Source: Candidatus Altimarinota bacterium
GTDB lineage: Bacteria > Patescibacteriota > Gracilibacteria > UBA4473
Direction of reading: 5' to 3'
DNA length: 64,000 nucleotides
NCBI GenBank assembly: GCA_965231215.1
Contig: OZ246423.1
Coordinates: 800,001 to 864,000 of the forward strand
The translations under genes and the position numbers were made by a program. The notes under the pieces were generated by a model. That model saw nothing but the letters and a program-made list of their open reading frames with translations. It was not told the DNA's origin and ran no database searches. Below are positions 40,594 to 50,049 of this stretch, piece by piece (the stretch's first letter is position 1; each line of letters begins with the position of its first letter).

Positions 40594-40671
40594 AAAGGGT
40601 CATTTTTTAGTTTAATAAACTTGTTAAAATCGTTTTAACTAGTAACATTTAGGGGATTTTTACCCACAAAA

Positions 40672-43338
40672 ATGTCCGAAGAAGAAAACGCGAATCTTGA
40701 AGGGGCTGAGGCCCCTGAAAATAACGAAGAAAATACCCCTGAAAATACAGAAGTTGAAAGCGAAGAAGCAAGGGCTTCCACTCAACAGCTTACATTTACT
40801 GAATCAGATGGCCATATTACACAGAAAGGGCTGATTCCTGAAATTGAGGAGTCTTATTTGTCCTATGCCATGTCTGTAATTGTTTCGCGGGCGTTGCCAG
40901 ATGTGCGTGATGGATTAAAACCAGTACATCGAAGAATTCTTTATGCCATGCATGAAAATGGCCTTCGAGCTGGAGCCAAGTACCGAAAGTCAGCTAACGT
41001 CGTTGGGGCGGTGCTGGGGAAATATCATCCACATGGAGACACGGCTGTATATGACTCCATGGTGCGAATGGCTCAAGACTTTTCACTTCGATATCCACTG
41101 GTAGATGGGCAGGGAAACTTTGGCTCTATCGATGGGGATAATGCTGCAGCTATGCGTTATACAGAGGCTCGAATGACTCGAGTTTCTGAACTCATGCTGG
41201 AAGATATTGAAAAGAAAACAGTAGATTTTAGAGATAATTATGATGCGACGGCTCAAGAGCCAAGTGTGTTACCGAGTGTGGTGCCACAGCTTTTGCTTAA
41301 CGGAACGATGGGGATTGCCGTTGGGATGGCTACCAACATTCCGCCACATAATCTAGGAGAAGTCATAGAGGCCACTTTGGCTTTGCTTAAAGACCCAGAA
41401 ACAACGATTGATCAACTCTTAGAGCATATCAAAGGGCCGGATTTCCCCACCGCAGGAGAAATTTATGACGGAGGCATTATTAAAGAAATGTACCACACGG
41501 GAAGAGGGGGCGTGATTATGAGAGCCAAAACTACAATTGAAGAACTCAAAGGCGGTAAAAATGCCATTATTGTAACCGAAATTCCGTACCAAGTGAACAA
41601 AGCCGAGCTGATCATCAAAATTGCAGATTTAGTTCGAGACAAAAAAATTATTGGAATTTCAGATCTTCGTGATGAATCTAACCGTGAAGGCATTCGCGTG
41701 GTTATTGAACTTAAAAAAGACGCCTTCCCGAAGAAAATTTTGAACCAACTCTTTAAAAATACGACCTTACAAAAAAGCTTTAACCTTAACATGATTGCCT
41801 TAGTGGATGGGATTCATCCACGATTACTCAATCTTAAACAAGTCCTTAGCTATTTCCTAGATCATCGGTTTGAAGTGATTGTGCGTCGGACTCAATTTGA
41901 ATTAGACGTAGCTGAAGCTAGAGCCCATATTCTGGAAGGTCTCAAAATTGCGCTTGATGATATTGATCGAGTCATTGAAACCATCAAGGCCTCTCCCACC
42001 AAAGAAGAAGCCGGAGAAGCTTTACAGAAAAAATTTGGTCTTTCTGAGCTTCAAGCCAAAGCGATTTTAGAAATGAGACTTCAGACGCTGGCCGGACTTG
42101 AACGACAAAAAATTGAAGACGAACTTGCTGAAAAGCTAAAACTCATCCAAGCGCTTAAATCTATTCTTGAAGACAAAACCAAGCAAGCCGACATTATCGA
42201 AAAAGAATTACTACACGCTAAAGATAAATTTGGAGACAAAAGAAAAACACTCGTGCACGCTCATGGACTTGGTAAATTTAGTGCCAAAGACACCATCCCA
42301 GATGAGGAAATGTTGACCGTGTTGACCGAACAAAACTACATTAAACGAATGAGCCCCAGCAACTTCCGAGCTCAGCGACGTGGGGGAGTCGGAGTCAAAG
42401 GTGCCCAGACCAAAGAAGAAGATATTATTGCCAAATCCGTGTATGGAACTAATCACAATGACTTGCTGTTTTTTACTAACTTTGGACGGGTGTTCTCACT
42501 GCCAATGTATGAAATTCCGGAAGCATCACGAACCGCTAAAGGCACTCCTGTAATTAATTTACTTCAACTTCAACCGGAAGAAAAAGTGACTGAAATTCTA
42601 AATCTCAGCCGATCAGAAGGCAAATACATTGTAATGTGCACCACTGGTGGAACTATCAAAAAAACAGATCTAGAACTCTTCAAAAATATCCGAAGAAGTG
42701 GCCTTATTGCCTGTGGAGTAAAAGAAGGCGAAACGCTGCAATGGGCACGAATGTCTACGGGTGAAGACGATATCTTTGTCGTAACTCATGAAGGGAAATC
42801 GATCCGATTTAATGAAGGCGATGTTCGAGCCATGGGACGAGCCGCCGCTGGAGTACGAGGAATCAGACTCAAAGGAAAAGATCATGTAATCCAAATGGAC
42901 ATTCTTAAAAGTGACGAGGCCAGGCTCCTCACCGTTATGGAAAATGGACTTGGGAAAATGTCGGCTGTATCTGAGTACCGAAACCAATCACGGGGTGGCG
43001 CTGGAGTAAAAGTAGCGAACATCACTAAAAAAACAGGGAAAGTGGCTGGAGCCAGAGTGATTGGATCAGAGGCCAAAGGCGATCTTCTTATCGTCACACA
43101 AAACGGACAAACACTACGAACCCCACTTGAAGGGATTAAAACAGCCGGTCGCGCTACTCAAGGAGTAATTTTGATGAAATCTAAAGACGATACAGTGTCT
43201 TCTATTTCAATTATTCACGAAGAAGACCCAAACAAAAAAGAGCCTGAAGCGCCAAAAGCAGAATCGAAAGACACTCAACCACAACTTGAAATAAACAACT
43301 ATCAAGACGAAAACACCGATGAAGCCGATAAAAGTTAA
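40672..43338 (+). CDS. gyrA: DNA gyrase subunit A
   Basis: [29 protein letters not shown] catalytic Tyr, GyrA-box QRRGGVG. Confidence 0.98.
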   Translation: MSEEENANLEGAEAPENNEENTPENTEVESEEARASTQQLTFTESDGHITQKGLIPEIEESYLSYAMSVIVSRALPDVRDGLKPVHRRILYAMHENGLRAGAKYRKSANVVGAVLGKYHPHGDTAVYDSMVRMAQDFSLRYPLVDGQGNFGSIDGDNAAAMRYTEARMTRVSELMLEDIEKKTVDFRDNYDATAQEPSVLPSVVPQLLLNGTMGIAVGMATNIPPHNLGEVIEATLALLKDPETTIDQLLEHIKGPDFPTAGEIYDGGIIKEMYHTGRGGVIMRAKTTIEELKGGKNAIIVTEIPYQVNKAELIIKIADLVRDKKIIGISDLRDESNREGIRVVIELKKDAFPKKILNQLFKNTTLQKSFNLNMIALVDGIHPRLLNLKQVLSYFLDHRFEVIVRRTQFELDVAEARAHILEGLKIALDDIDRVIETIKASPTKEEAGEALQKKFGLSELQAKAILEMRLQTLAGLERQKIEDELAEKLKLIQALKSILEDKTKQADIIEKELLHAKDKFGDKRKTLVHAHGLGKFSAKDTIPDEEMLTVLTEQNYIKRMSPSNFRAQRRGGVGVKGAQTKEEDIIAKSVYGTNHNDLLFFTNFGRVFSLPMYEIPEASRTAKGTPVINLLQLQPEEKVTEILNLSRSEGKYIVMCTTGGTIKKTDLELFKNIRRSGLIACGVKEGETLQWARMSTGEDDIFVVTHEGKSIRFNEGDVRAMGRAAAGVRGIRLKGKDHVIQMDILKSDEARLLTVMENGLGKMSAVSEYRNQSRGGAGVKVANITKKTGKVAGARVIGSEAKGDLLIVTQNGQTLRTPLEGIKTAGRATQGVILMKSKDDTVSSISIIHEEDPNKKEPEAPKAESKDTQPQLEINNYQDENTDEADKS

Positions 43339-44353
43339 GGTGCCAGCCAAACCAAGCGAGTATGAAATTGCCTTTCATGATTCCTTTGGGGCACTTGTAA
43401 AAACGCTGAGGGCACAAATTGGAGACCGGAAATTTATTATTGTTTCTGATCACAATGTGATAGAAAAAACAGCTTTTTTTGCTAAAGATTTAGATCTGGA
43501 TGACACAATATTGGTTTCACTTAAACCCGGAGAAACAGAGAAAAATTGGGAGTCCATTGATCATATCCTTCATTCGGCTTTTGATGCGGGACTTGATCGA
43601 GGGAGTGTGATGGTCGCAGTAGGAGGAGGCGTTATTGGCGATATGACGGGGTTTGCCGCGAGTATTTTTATGCGTGGAATTCCGTTTATTCAGGTGCCTA
43701 CCACTTTGTTGGCCATGGTAGACGCCTCAATTGGGGGAAAAACAGGGATTGATTGTCAGTATGGAAAAAACCTCATTGGAGCCATTCAACAACCAGAGGC
43801 GGTGATGGTTTGTCCTAAATTTTTAGAGACCCTGCCTGAAATTGAAATTAAAAACGGTTTAGCGGAAATGGTAAAACACGGTGTGGTCGCTGATAAAAAA
43901 CATTTTGAAGATTTAGAAAAGCTGGCTCAAGAAGATTTTAGTACGATTCGTTCCAAGATTTTTGATTATGCTCCGGCTTCAATCAATATCAAAAAAACCA
44001 TAGTAGAATCAGATGAAAAAGAATCTGGAAAACGAAAATTCCTCAATTTTGGACACACCTTTGGACACGCTATTGAGCTATGTTCCAATTTTGAAATTCC
44101 TCATGGACGGGCGGTAGCGATTGGCTGCGTTATGGCCTCTCAGTACGCCTATGAACACGGGTTGTGTGAGGATGAAACCGTAGATCGAATCGAAAACATT
44201 TTCAATCAGTTTGAAGTAGATCTCACCTGTGAGATTTCGGAAGCAGATATTTGGAACGCAATGAGCCGCGACAAGAAAAAATTTGGCTCTACACTCACGC
44301 TTATTCTTCCCAAAAAGATTGGAGAAGTAGATTATTTTAAGGTTGAAGTTTGA
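43319..44353 (+). CDS. aroB: 3-dehydroquinate synthase
   Basis: [48 protein letters not shown]. Confidence 0.95.
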   Translation: MKPIKVKVPAKPSEYEIAFHDSFGALVKTLRAQIGDRKFIIVSDHNVIEKTAFFAKDLDLDDTILVSLKPGETEKNWESIDHILHSAFDAGLDRGSVMVAVGGGVIGDMTGFAASIFMRGIPFIQVPTTLLAMVDASIGGKTGIDCQYGKNLIGAIQQPEAVMVCPKFLETLPEIEIKNGLAEMVKHGVVADKKHFEDLEKLAQEDFSTIRSKIFDYAPASINIKKTIVESDEKESGKRKFLNFGHTFGHAIELCSNFEIPHGRAVAIGCVMASQYAYEHGLCEDETVDRIENIFNQFEVDLTCEISEADIWNAMSRDKKKFGSTLTLILPKKIGEVDYFKVEV

Positions 44354-44378
44354 CATAAAAAGTTAACTTCCCTAGGCT
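44350..44378 (+). promoter_or_regulatory. sigma70-type promoter of the leader-ppcA-aspC transcript
   Basis: TTGACA (44350) - 17 bp - TAGGCT (44373); spacer contains the palindrome AAGTTAACTT. Confidence 0.7.
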
Positions 44379-44388
44379 TAGCAAGCGC

Positions 44389-44448
44389 ATGTTTTTAACC
44401 AATATTAAAACCGCAAATAATAATCGAAATGTGTTTCGAGCGGTTTAG
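44389..44448 (+). CDS. Asn-rich leader peptide (MFLTNIKTANNNRNVFRAV)
   Basis: 19 codons, 5 of them AAT (Asn) including an NNN-R-N run; lies between the promoter and a terminator upstream of ppcA. Confidence 0.7.
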   Translation: MFLTNIKTANNNRNVFRAV

Positions 44449-44506
44449 TTGATGCGTTAAAATTTTTTACCTCTTCACCCACCGCTCAAACAGAAGCGGC
44501 TTTTTT
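44408..44506 (+). promoter_or_regulatory. transcription attenuator (protector / antiterminator / terminator)
   Basis: 1:2 = AAACCGC/GCGGTTT plus TCGAAA/TTTCGA; 2:3 = GAGCGGT(44438)/ACCGCTC(44481); 3:4 = CCGCT/AGCGG followed by C-TTTTTT. Confidence 0.65.
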
Positions 44507-44509
44507 CAC

Positions 44510-46024
44510 ATGGCTCACAGACACATACCGGCAACGATGGCAACTCAACATCCAGACAATAGTTTTCCCTCTGTTTTTACAGGTAGTGCATTTGTCTCTA
44601 GCCGAGAAGAAATAGATGAATGTTATGAATGTTTTGATTCTCTGGGAGTAGAAGAGTACATGTGGGATTGGGAAGGAAAGTTTGTAGATGAAGCCGTTAT
44701 GGAGCGGCTTTTTACCCAATACCATGACTATTTTAAACAAAACGCCATTGGAAAAGATAAATTTCTGACCTTTAGAATCCCTAATATTTGGGAAGAACCT
44801 TCAGCTAAATTGCCGCGTGCTTTTATGAATTTAGTATCAGCCGAACAAGCGGCTAAAAACTATGGCATGCACAGACCCCCATTGTTTGAAGTGATTCAGC
44901 CAATGACCACGTCCAGTGAACAGCTCAAATACCTTCAACAAAAATTTACCCAAATTGCGGAAAGTACCTCTGATATTTTTGAACTCAAACAACACCTCAA
45001 ACATGTGGAGCTTATCCCCCTGTTTGAAGCGATTGAAAGTATGGCTGAGTCGGACCAAATTTTGGGGGAGTATGTTGACTTTATGGAGTCGGAATATGAT
45101 TACACTCCTGAATATTTGAGAGTGTTTATTGCTCGATCAGATCCAGCGATGAATGCCGGCATCATTCCAACCATGCTAGCGGTAAAACATTCACTTTCTA
45201 GCTATCATGAATTTGGTAAATCTAGGGGGATTGAAATTTATCCCTGGATTGGAGGAGGCAGTCTGCCCTTCCGAGGCGGTATTAACCCCGATAATGTAGA
45301 ACCAACTCTAGAAGAATACAGAGGAACCGCTTCGGTCACTATTCAATCGGCTTTCCGGTTTGATTATGAGTTTAACAGGGTAAAAAAAGCTATTGATACC
45401 TTTAATAAACGTCTCCCTGAAATGCGAACTACTTATAGAAAAGTAACACCGGTAGAAGGCCAAGTGATTAAAAAATTTAATGCTCAAGCCAAAACCTATT
45501 TTACAGAAGTGATAGAACCTATGGCTGATTTAATTAACCAGGTGGCGGGTACCCTCCCAAATAATCGAGAAAGGGTGCAACACGTGGGAATCTTTGGATA
45601 CGCACGTGGCGTGGGGAAAGTAAAACTGCCTCGAGCCATAAAATTCTGTGGAGCCTTTTATAGCTTAGGGATTCCGCCAGAACTTATTGGCACTGGTAGA
45701 GCGCTCAAATTGGCTCAAGAAACGGGATGCTTGGATTTGGTTTTGGATTTATATAAAAACATTAAAGCAGATCTCATTCATGCCGGGCATTACCTGAATC
45801 GTGAAAATTTGGAACTAGTAGCTAAGTCGTATGATGCGGCGAAACTTATCCTCCAAGATATTGAACTCATTGAGGAAATCTTAAATATAAACATTGGCCC
45901 AGAATCAGAGAAGCACCTGATTCACCGCAACATAGCCTCAAACATCTATCACAAATTGAATCTAGATTATGACCTTGAGTTTGATCTATTAGAGGCGGCT
46001 AAAATTAGACAATCTATTGGTTAA
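44510..46024 (+). CDS. ppcA: phosphoenolpyruvate carboxylase, archaeal-type
   Basis: IPATMATQHPDN, EYMWDWEGK, FEVIQPMT, RVFIARSDPAMNAG, GSLPFRGG, LPRAIKFCGAFYSLGIPPELIG. Confidence 0.93.
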   Translation: MAHRHIPATMATQHPDNSFPSVFTGSAFVSSREEIDECYECFDSLGVEEYMWDWEGKFVDEAVMERLFTQYHDYFKQNAIGKDKFLTFRIPNIWEEPSAKLPRAFMNLVSAEQAAKNYGMHRPPLFEVIQPMTTSSEQLKYLQQKFTQIAESTSDIFELKQHLKHVELIPLFEAIESMAESDQILGEYVDFMESEYDYTPEYLRVFIARSDPAMNAGIIPTMLAVKHSLSSYHEFGKSRGIEIYPWIGGGSLPFRGGINPDNVEPTLEEYRGTASVTIQSAFRFDYEFNRVKKAIDTFNKRLPEMRTTYRKVTPVEGQVIKKFNAQAKTYFTEVIEPMADLINQVAGTLPNNRERVQHVGIFGYARGVGKVKLPRAIKFCGAFYSLGIPPELIGTGRALKLAQETGCLDLVLDLYKNIKADLIHAGHYLNRENLELVAKSYDAAKLILQDIELIEEILNINIGPESEKHLIHRNIASNIYHKLNLDYDLEFDLLEAAKIRQSIG

Positions 46025-46035
46025 CCCCTAGAAAT

Positions 46036-47178
46036 ATGTTTGATAAAAACCTGACATCGCTCCCAATGGACCCTATTTTTAAAGTGGTTAAAGCGCATAA
46101 AGATGATCCCCGTTCTGAAAAGGTTAATTTGGGGATCGGTATTTATCGGGACACAGAAGGGGCTCCCTTTGTTTTTAAATCCGTTCAAGAAGCCGCTCGT
46201 CGGGTATTAGTGGATAATTTTGAGTATGACACTATGCAGGGGAGCGCTTCTTTCTTAGAAATGGCTACCAACTGGGTGCTTGGAGAGGGCTCCTTTGCCT
46301 ATACAGCCGTACAACAATCAATTGGCGGAACTCACGCCTTGCGCCTGGTTGCAGAGTTTTTTGAAGCCCAAAAATCTAAGCCCAAGCTACTGGTTGGAAC
46401 GCCTACCTGGTCAAACCACTTTGATGTGTTTGGGGCTTTTGAAGCCGTCACTTTTGATCATTTAACTTCGGATTATCGGCTTAATGTTGAGGCTTATCTG
46501 ACCGCTATAAAATCGAATCCTCAGTCTTGTTTAATTCTCCATGGCGGAGCAACCCATAATCCGACGGGAATAAATCTGAGTGTAGCAGATTTAGACCAAA
46601 TATTAATAGCGGCTAATGAGGCCGAAGTTTTTGTAATTATTGATGCGGCTTATATAGGATTTGGAGAGGGATTAGAAGCCGATATAAATTGGGTTCGTCG
46701 CGCTTTTGAGGCTTGTAATCAAGGCACTTTGGCGATTTCTTTTTCAAAAAACGCTTCTCTGTATAACCAGCGTTTGGGACTTCTTTGTTGGAAAACTGAG
46801 ACGGCTCAATTAAAAAGGGTTCTAGAGTCTCATTTGCAGCAATTAGTTCGAGCGACGATTTCAAATTTACCAGCCTACGGTGCGGCTATAATGGAGCAGG
46901 TGCTTCGTGATAATCGAGCACAATGGATTGAGGAATTAGAGCAAGTGCGTCTTGATGTAAACGAGCGCAGAGTTCGGCTTGTGGAGATGATTCCCGATAC
47001 TTTTAATTTTTTGATCAATACAAAAGGACTTTTTGGATTGAGTGGGTTAACCCCTCTGCAAGTTAAAAAACTTAGGACGGATTCAGCGATCTATATGCCG
47101 CCAAATGGGCGAATAAATTTTGCGAGTATTCGTACCCAAGATTTTGAAGTTTTAGGAAAAGCCCTAAGGGAGGCTTGA
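46036..47178 (+). CDS. aspC: aspartate/aromatic aminotransferase (class I)
   Basis: KVNLGIGIYRD, QSIGGTHALR, HNPTG, DAAYIGFG, SFSKNASLYNQRLG (PLP Lys), GRINFA. Confidence 0.88.
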   Translation: MFDKNLTSLPMDPIFKVVKAHKDDPRSEKVNLGIGIYRDTEGAPFVFKSVQEAARRVLVDNFEYDTMQGSASFLEMATNWVLGEGSFAYTAVQQSIGGTHALRLVAEFFEAQKSKPKLLVGTPTWSNHFDVFGAFEAVTFDHLTSDYRLNVEAYLTAIKSNPQSCLILHGGATHNPTGINLSVADLDQILIAANEAEVFVIIDAAYIGFGEGLEADINWVRRAFEACNQGTLAISFSKNASLYNQRLGLLCWKTETAQLKRVLESHLQQLVRATISNLPAYGAAIMEQVLRDNRAQWIEELEQVRLDVNERRVRLVEMIPDTFNFLINTKGLFGLSGLTPLQVKKLRTDSAIYMPPNGRINFASIRTQDFEVLGKALREA

Positions 47179-47373
47179 TGATTACAGGTTTGGTTGAAAA
47201 CTTTTTAATACTATTTGTTTAAAAATCCCTACATTAAATAGGCAAAGGTAACGAGGAGGAGGAAATTCTACGGCCTCTTCCCGTTGCATTTAAGATTTTA
47301 ATTTTCGTTGCTCAGGGGAGCGGCTTTGAATGCGGTCGAAATTGCCGAAGCGATTATGAAGCGTGTTAGTTAA
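47178..47373 (+). pseudogene. asd: remnant of aspartate-semialdehyde dehydrogenase (internal deletion)
   Basis: ATG coupled to the aspC stop (TGATG) reads MITGLV..; 47308-47373 reads LLRGAALNAVEIAEAIMKRVS*, matching the Asd C-terminal NL(R/L)KGAALNAVQIAE motif. Confidence 0.7.
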
Positions 47374-48019
47374 ATTTTTGAACTTCAAAGCAAGACCTGA
47401 GGGTGTCAAAAACCAGCTGTAAGTCTTTTTCTTCAATAAAAAAAATAAGCTCAGTAAAAGTTGAAGAGAGCTCAATCACATTCACTTTTTGGATCATGAG
47501 TTTCTGCATAATGAGGTAGAACAATCCCGGTTCATAAAAGTAGTGTTCGTCGAACTTTACGGAAACGGCGGTGATATGTTCGTTTTTGTACTTGGGCTTA
47601 TCTCGGACAATATTTCCAATGACTGACTTAAACTTTTTATTAAAGAATATCGTTATTTCACTGGTACTTTCACTATAAACAAAGTATTCCCGTTGTTTTT
47701 GAATCGCATTATAAGCGAGGTTGATGCACTCATGGTTTTGATTAGATTTCTCGTAGGTGTGCGTTATGAGGTTGTGTTGGATTGAAAGGGTCTCAATTTC
47801 GAAGCTTTCTCCAATAGTAATATCGGCTTGTATTTTTTTTTGTAGTCGAGAGAGGGCCATAACCAGAGCGGTTTTATGTATAGGTTTTTCTAACCGAACT
47901 TCTAAGATCGGTTTTATGAATTTAGCCATTTCACTCAGATTGTAGAGCCTGTGAGCGAGCCCAAATTGAAGGAAAGGGTTACCGTAAACGATTTGCTCTA
48001 AAGCGTCAGAAGTTTTCAT
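47366..48019 (-). CDS. ACT-domain protein with N-terminal helical/HTH-like region (aspartate-pathway-associated putative regulator)
   Basis: NLSEMAKFIKP...ALVMALSRL N-domain; PGLFYLIMQKLMIQKVNVIELSSTFTELIFFI ACT fold. Confidence 0.7.
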   Translation of the reverse strand: MKTSDALEQIVYGNPFLQFGLAHRLYNLSEMAKFIKPILEVRLEKPIHKTALVMALSRLQKKIQADITIGESFEIETLSIQHNLITHTYEKSNQNHECINLAYNAIQKQREYFVYSESTSEITIFFNKKFKSVIGNIVRDKPKYKNEHITAVSVKFDEHYFYEPGLFYLIMQKLMIQKVNVIELSSTFTELIFFIEEKDLQLVFDTLRSCFEVQKFN

Positions 48020-48128
48020 TTGTTTTATTTATAACAAAATTTGTTAAAAAAACACTTTTTTATTCAACTTTTATTTTTATTTTTTTTTGAGCTTTATAAA
48101 CGAGCCATACTTTTTAACTTTTTTAATT

Positions 48129-49292
48129 ATGCAGTTTTTGCACCACCGGCTTTCGACATCCACTAATGCACGGTGGATTAAAAAATTAGAACTGGGTGAT
48201 TTTGAGGGTTTAACTGAAGGAGCAGATATGCCGACTTTAGCAGAGGCTCCTCTTGAAGACCTAGAAGCTTTAGGGGAATCCCTCTTGGCACAAACCCGTG
48301 ATCGAGAGGCTAGAGGAGAATCTTTGTTACCGGTCAATCCAAACTTGCCGAGTGTCATGCCCGCTTTGCCGACTATGTTTACGGAAGACAATCGTTTGAA
48401 TCTTCCGGCTCAAGCGGACTTAATGCGTGAGCTTGTCGGGCAGGGTATCCAAGGGTTTGTCATTATGGGGACGACGGGAGAGAGCTCCCTGGTGAGCTTT
48501 GAAGAACATCAAGCAGCGGTCGCTCATGCGGTTCAGACGGCTCGAAAAATCGAAGCAGAGACGGGGCAATCAATCTCGATTGTAGCGGGAAGCGGAGCCA
48601 ACTGGACCGCTGAGCAACACCACTTATCAAGAACGGCTATTGAGTCAGGAGCTCAAGCAAACTTGCTTTTGCCGCCTTACTACATTAGAGAGCAGTCACC
48701 AGGCAATATGCTTCGCCACTTTTGGGAGGCTCTGGATGAAGGCCCTGGAATTGTCTATCGGGTTCAGGCGAGAAGTGGGCGAGCCGTTCCTTCTGAAATA
48801 ATTGAACAGCTGATGCTCCATCCTAATTTCTTAGGGATTAAAGAATGTGATGGGCAAGTCAGAGACTTGGCTCGTATGTTTGAAAATTCAGATCGTAATT
48901 TAAGAGTCTGGTCTGGAGAAGATGGAGAAGTGGTTCGTGATAGAAGTCAGGGAGCTTATGGAAGCATTTCGGTTACAGCGAATATGCATCCAGAATTGGT
49001 TCTTACGGCCAATGATATTGACCAAACCACCTATGCAGCGGATAGAACTGCTGAAAGAATCACGGCATTGCTCTTTCATTCCCAAATTGGAAGTCCTAGC
49101 TTGGTTCATTCTGCTCGAGAGATGCAGAGAGACCCAGAATTGATGAGAGGCTTTAGAGCCCCCTGTCGAGCGATTCTGAATGCTCAAAGAGCGTGGTTGA
49201 TTAGCGGGCTTCATCAAGTAGGGGTTACGGGCTTACGAAATTTTGAAGATGATAGAGCTATTAATTTTTTAAGACACTTAGAAAATGACTAA
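48129..49292 (+). CDS. dapA: DapA-like 4-hydroxy-tetrahydrodipicolinate synthase family, divergent with N-terminal extension (start may be 48228)
   Basis: PALPTMF, MGTTGES, LLPPYY, YRVQARSG, GIKEC (Schiff-base Lys), SGED, GSISVTAN. Confidence 0.75.
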   Translation: MQFLHHRLSTSTNARWIKKLELGDFEGLTEGADMPTLAEAPLEDLEALGESLLAQTRDREARGESLLPVNPNLPSVMPALPTMFTEDNRLNLPAQADLMRELVGQGIQGFVIMGTTGESSLVSFEEHQAAVAHAVQTARKIEAETGQSISIVAGSGANWTAEQHHLSRTAIESGAQANLLLPPYYIREQSPGNMLRHFWEALDEGPGIVYRVQARSGRAVPSEIIEQLMLHPNFLGIKECDGQVRDLARMFENSDRNLRVWSGEDGEVVRDRSQGAYGSISVTANMHPELVLTANDIDQTTYAADRTAERITALLFHSQIGSPSLVHSAREMQRDPELMRGFRAPCRAILNAQRAWLISGLHQVGVTGLRNFEDDRAINFLRHLEND

Positions 49293-50019
49293 TTTACTAC
49301 TTGGTTATCGAGAAAGCGCCCCAGAACCGGGGCGCTTAGCGTCTTCACTTTTGGAAGGCGTTTCAGATTTGGATTTGGTTGAAGATCTGACAGGTCAAAA
49401 TCCTGAAGGCGTTTCATCGGTTGTTTATGCTCGGAAATCAGCCCAATCTATGTCAGCGGCTATTGATTTTTGTCAGCGAAATGGGATGCCTCTGATTAAT
49501 CTATCAACAGGATTTAGTCCCGAACTACCACCTCATTTAGATTTTTTGTGCCTTGAGTGTCCGAATGTATCGTTAGCAGTTTTGGATTTTATGGAACGGG
49601 TTCATCAAGCCTGCGCAGAAATGGATGTTCCTTTTCATCTAGATATTACGGAACATCATCAACGAGCCAAAAAGGATCGTTCTGGAACGGCTCAAAAAAT
49701 GCATGATCGAGCCTCAGAATTCGACCTTTGCCAAAACCCTCAAGGAGATTATTGTCAGCATATAATATCGGTCAGAGACGTATCAGAAACTCGTAAAAAT
49801 TTTGATATACCACCGGAGCATGAACAAGGATTTGCGATTCACGAAGCGACACTTGTCGCTGAAGGTGAAGAGGAGATATTACGTTCTTTTGATCCTTTAG
49901 TTATTTTAGGCCGACGAACCTATGCCGAAGGTTTGGCCTGGGTACTTGAGACTTTGTCGAGAATCGAGCCAATTACGGGGAAAGTTTCGATTACCGATTT
50001 TCGAGCACAGTACCGTTAA
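49285..50019 (+). CDS. dapB: DapB-like reductase, divergent
   Basis: LSTG, CPNVSL, ITEHHQRAKKDRSGTA, RRTYAEG; overlaps the dapA stop. Confidence 0.7.
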   Translation: MTNLLLGYRESAPEPGRLASSLLEGVSDLDLVEDLTGQNPEGVSSVVYARKSAQSMSAAIDFCQRNGMPLINLSTGFSPELPPHLDFLCLECPNVSLAVLDFMERVHQACAEMDVPFHLDITEHHQRAKKDRSGTAQKMHDRASEFDLCQNPQGDYCQHIISVRDVSETRKNFDIPPEHEQGFAIHEATLVAEGEEEILRSFDPLVILGRRTYAEGLAWVLETLSRIEPITGKVSITDFRAQYR

Positions 50020-50020
50020 G

Positions 50021-50047
50021 AAAAAAGCGCCGAAAGGCGCTTTTTTT
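50021..50047. terminator. bidirectional intrinsic terminator between convergent dapB and hom
   Basis: AAAAAAGCGCC-GAAA-GGCGCTTTTTTT. Confidence 0.85.
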
Positions 50048-50049
50048 AT

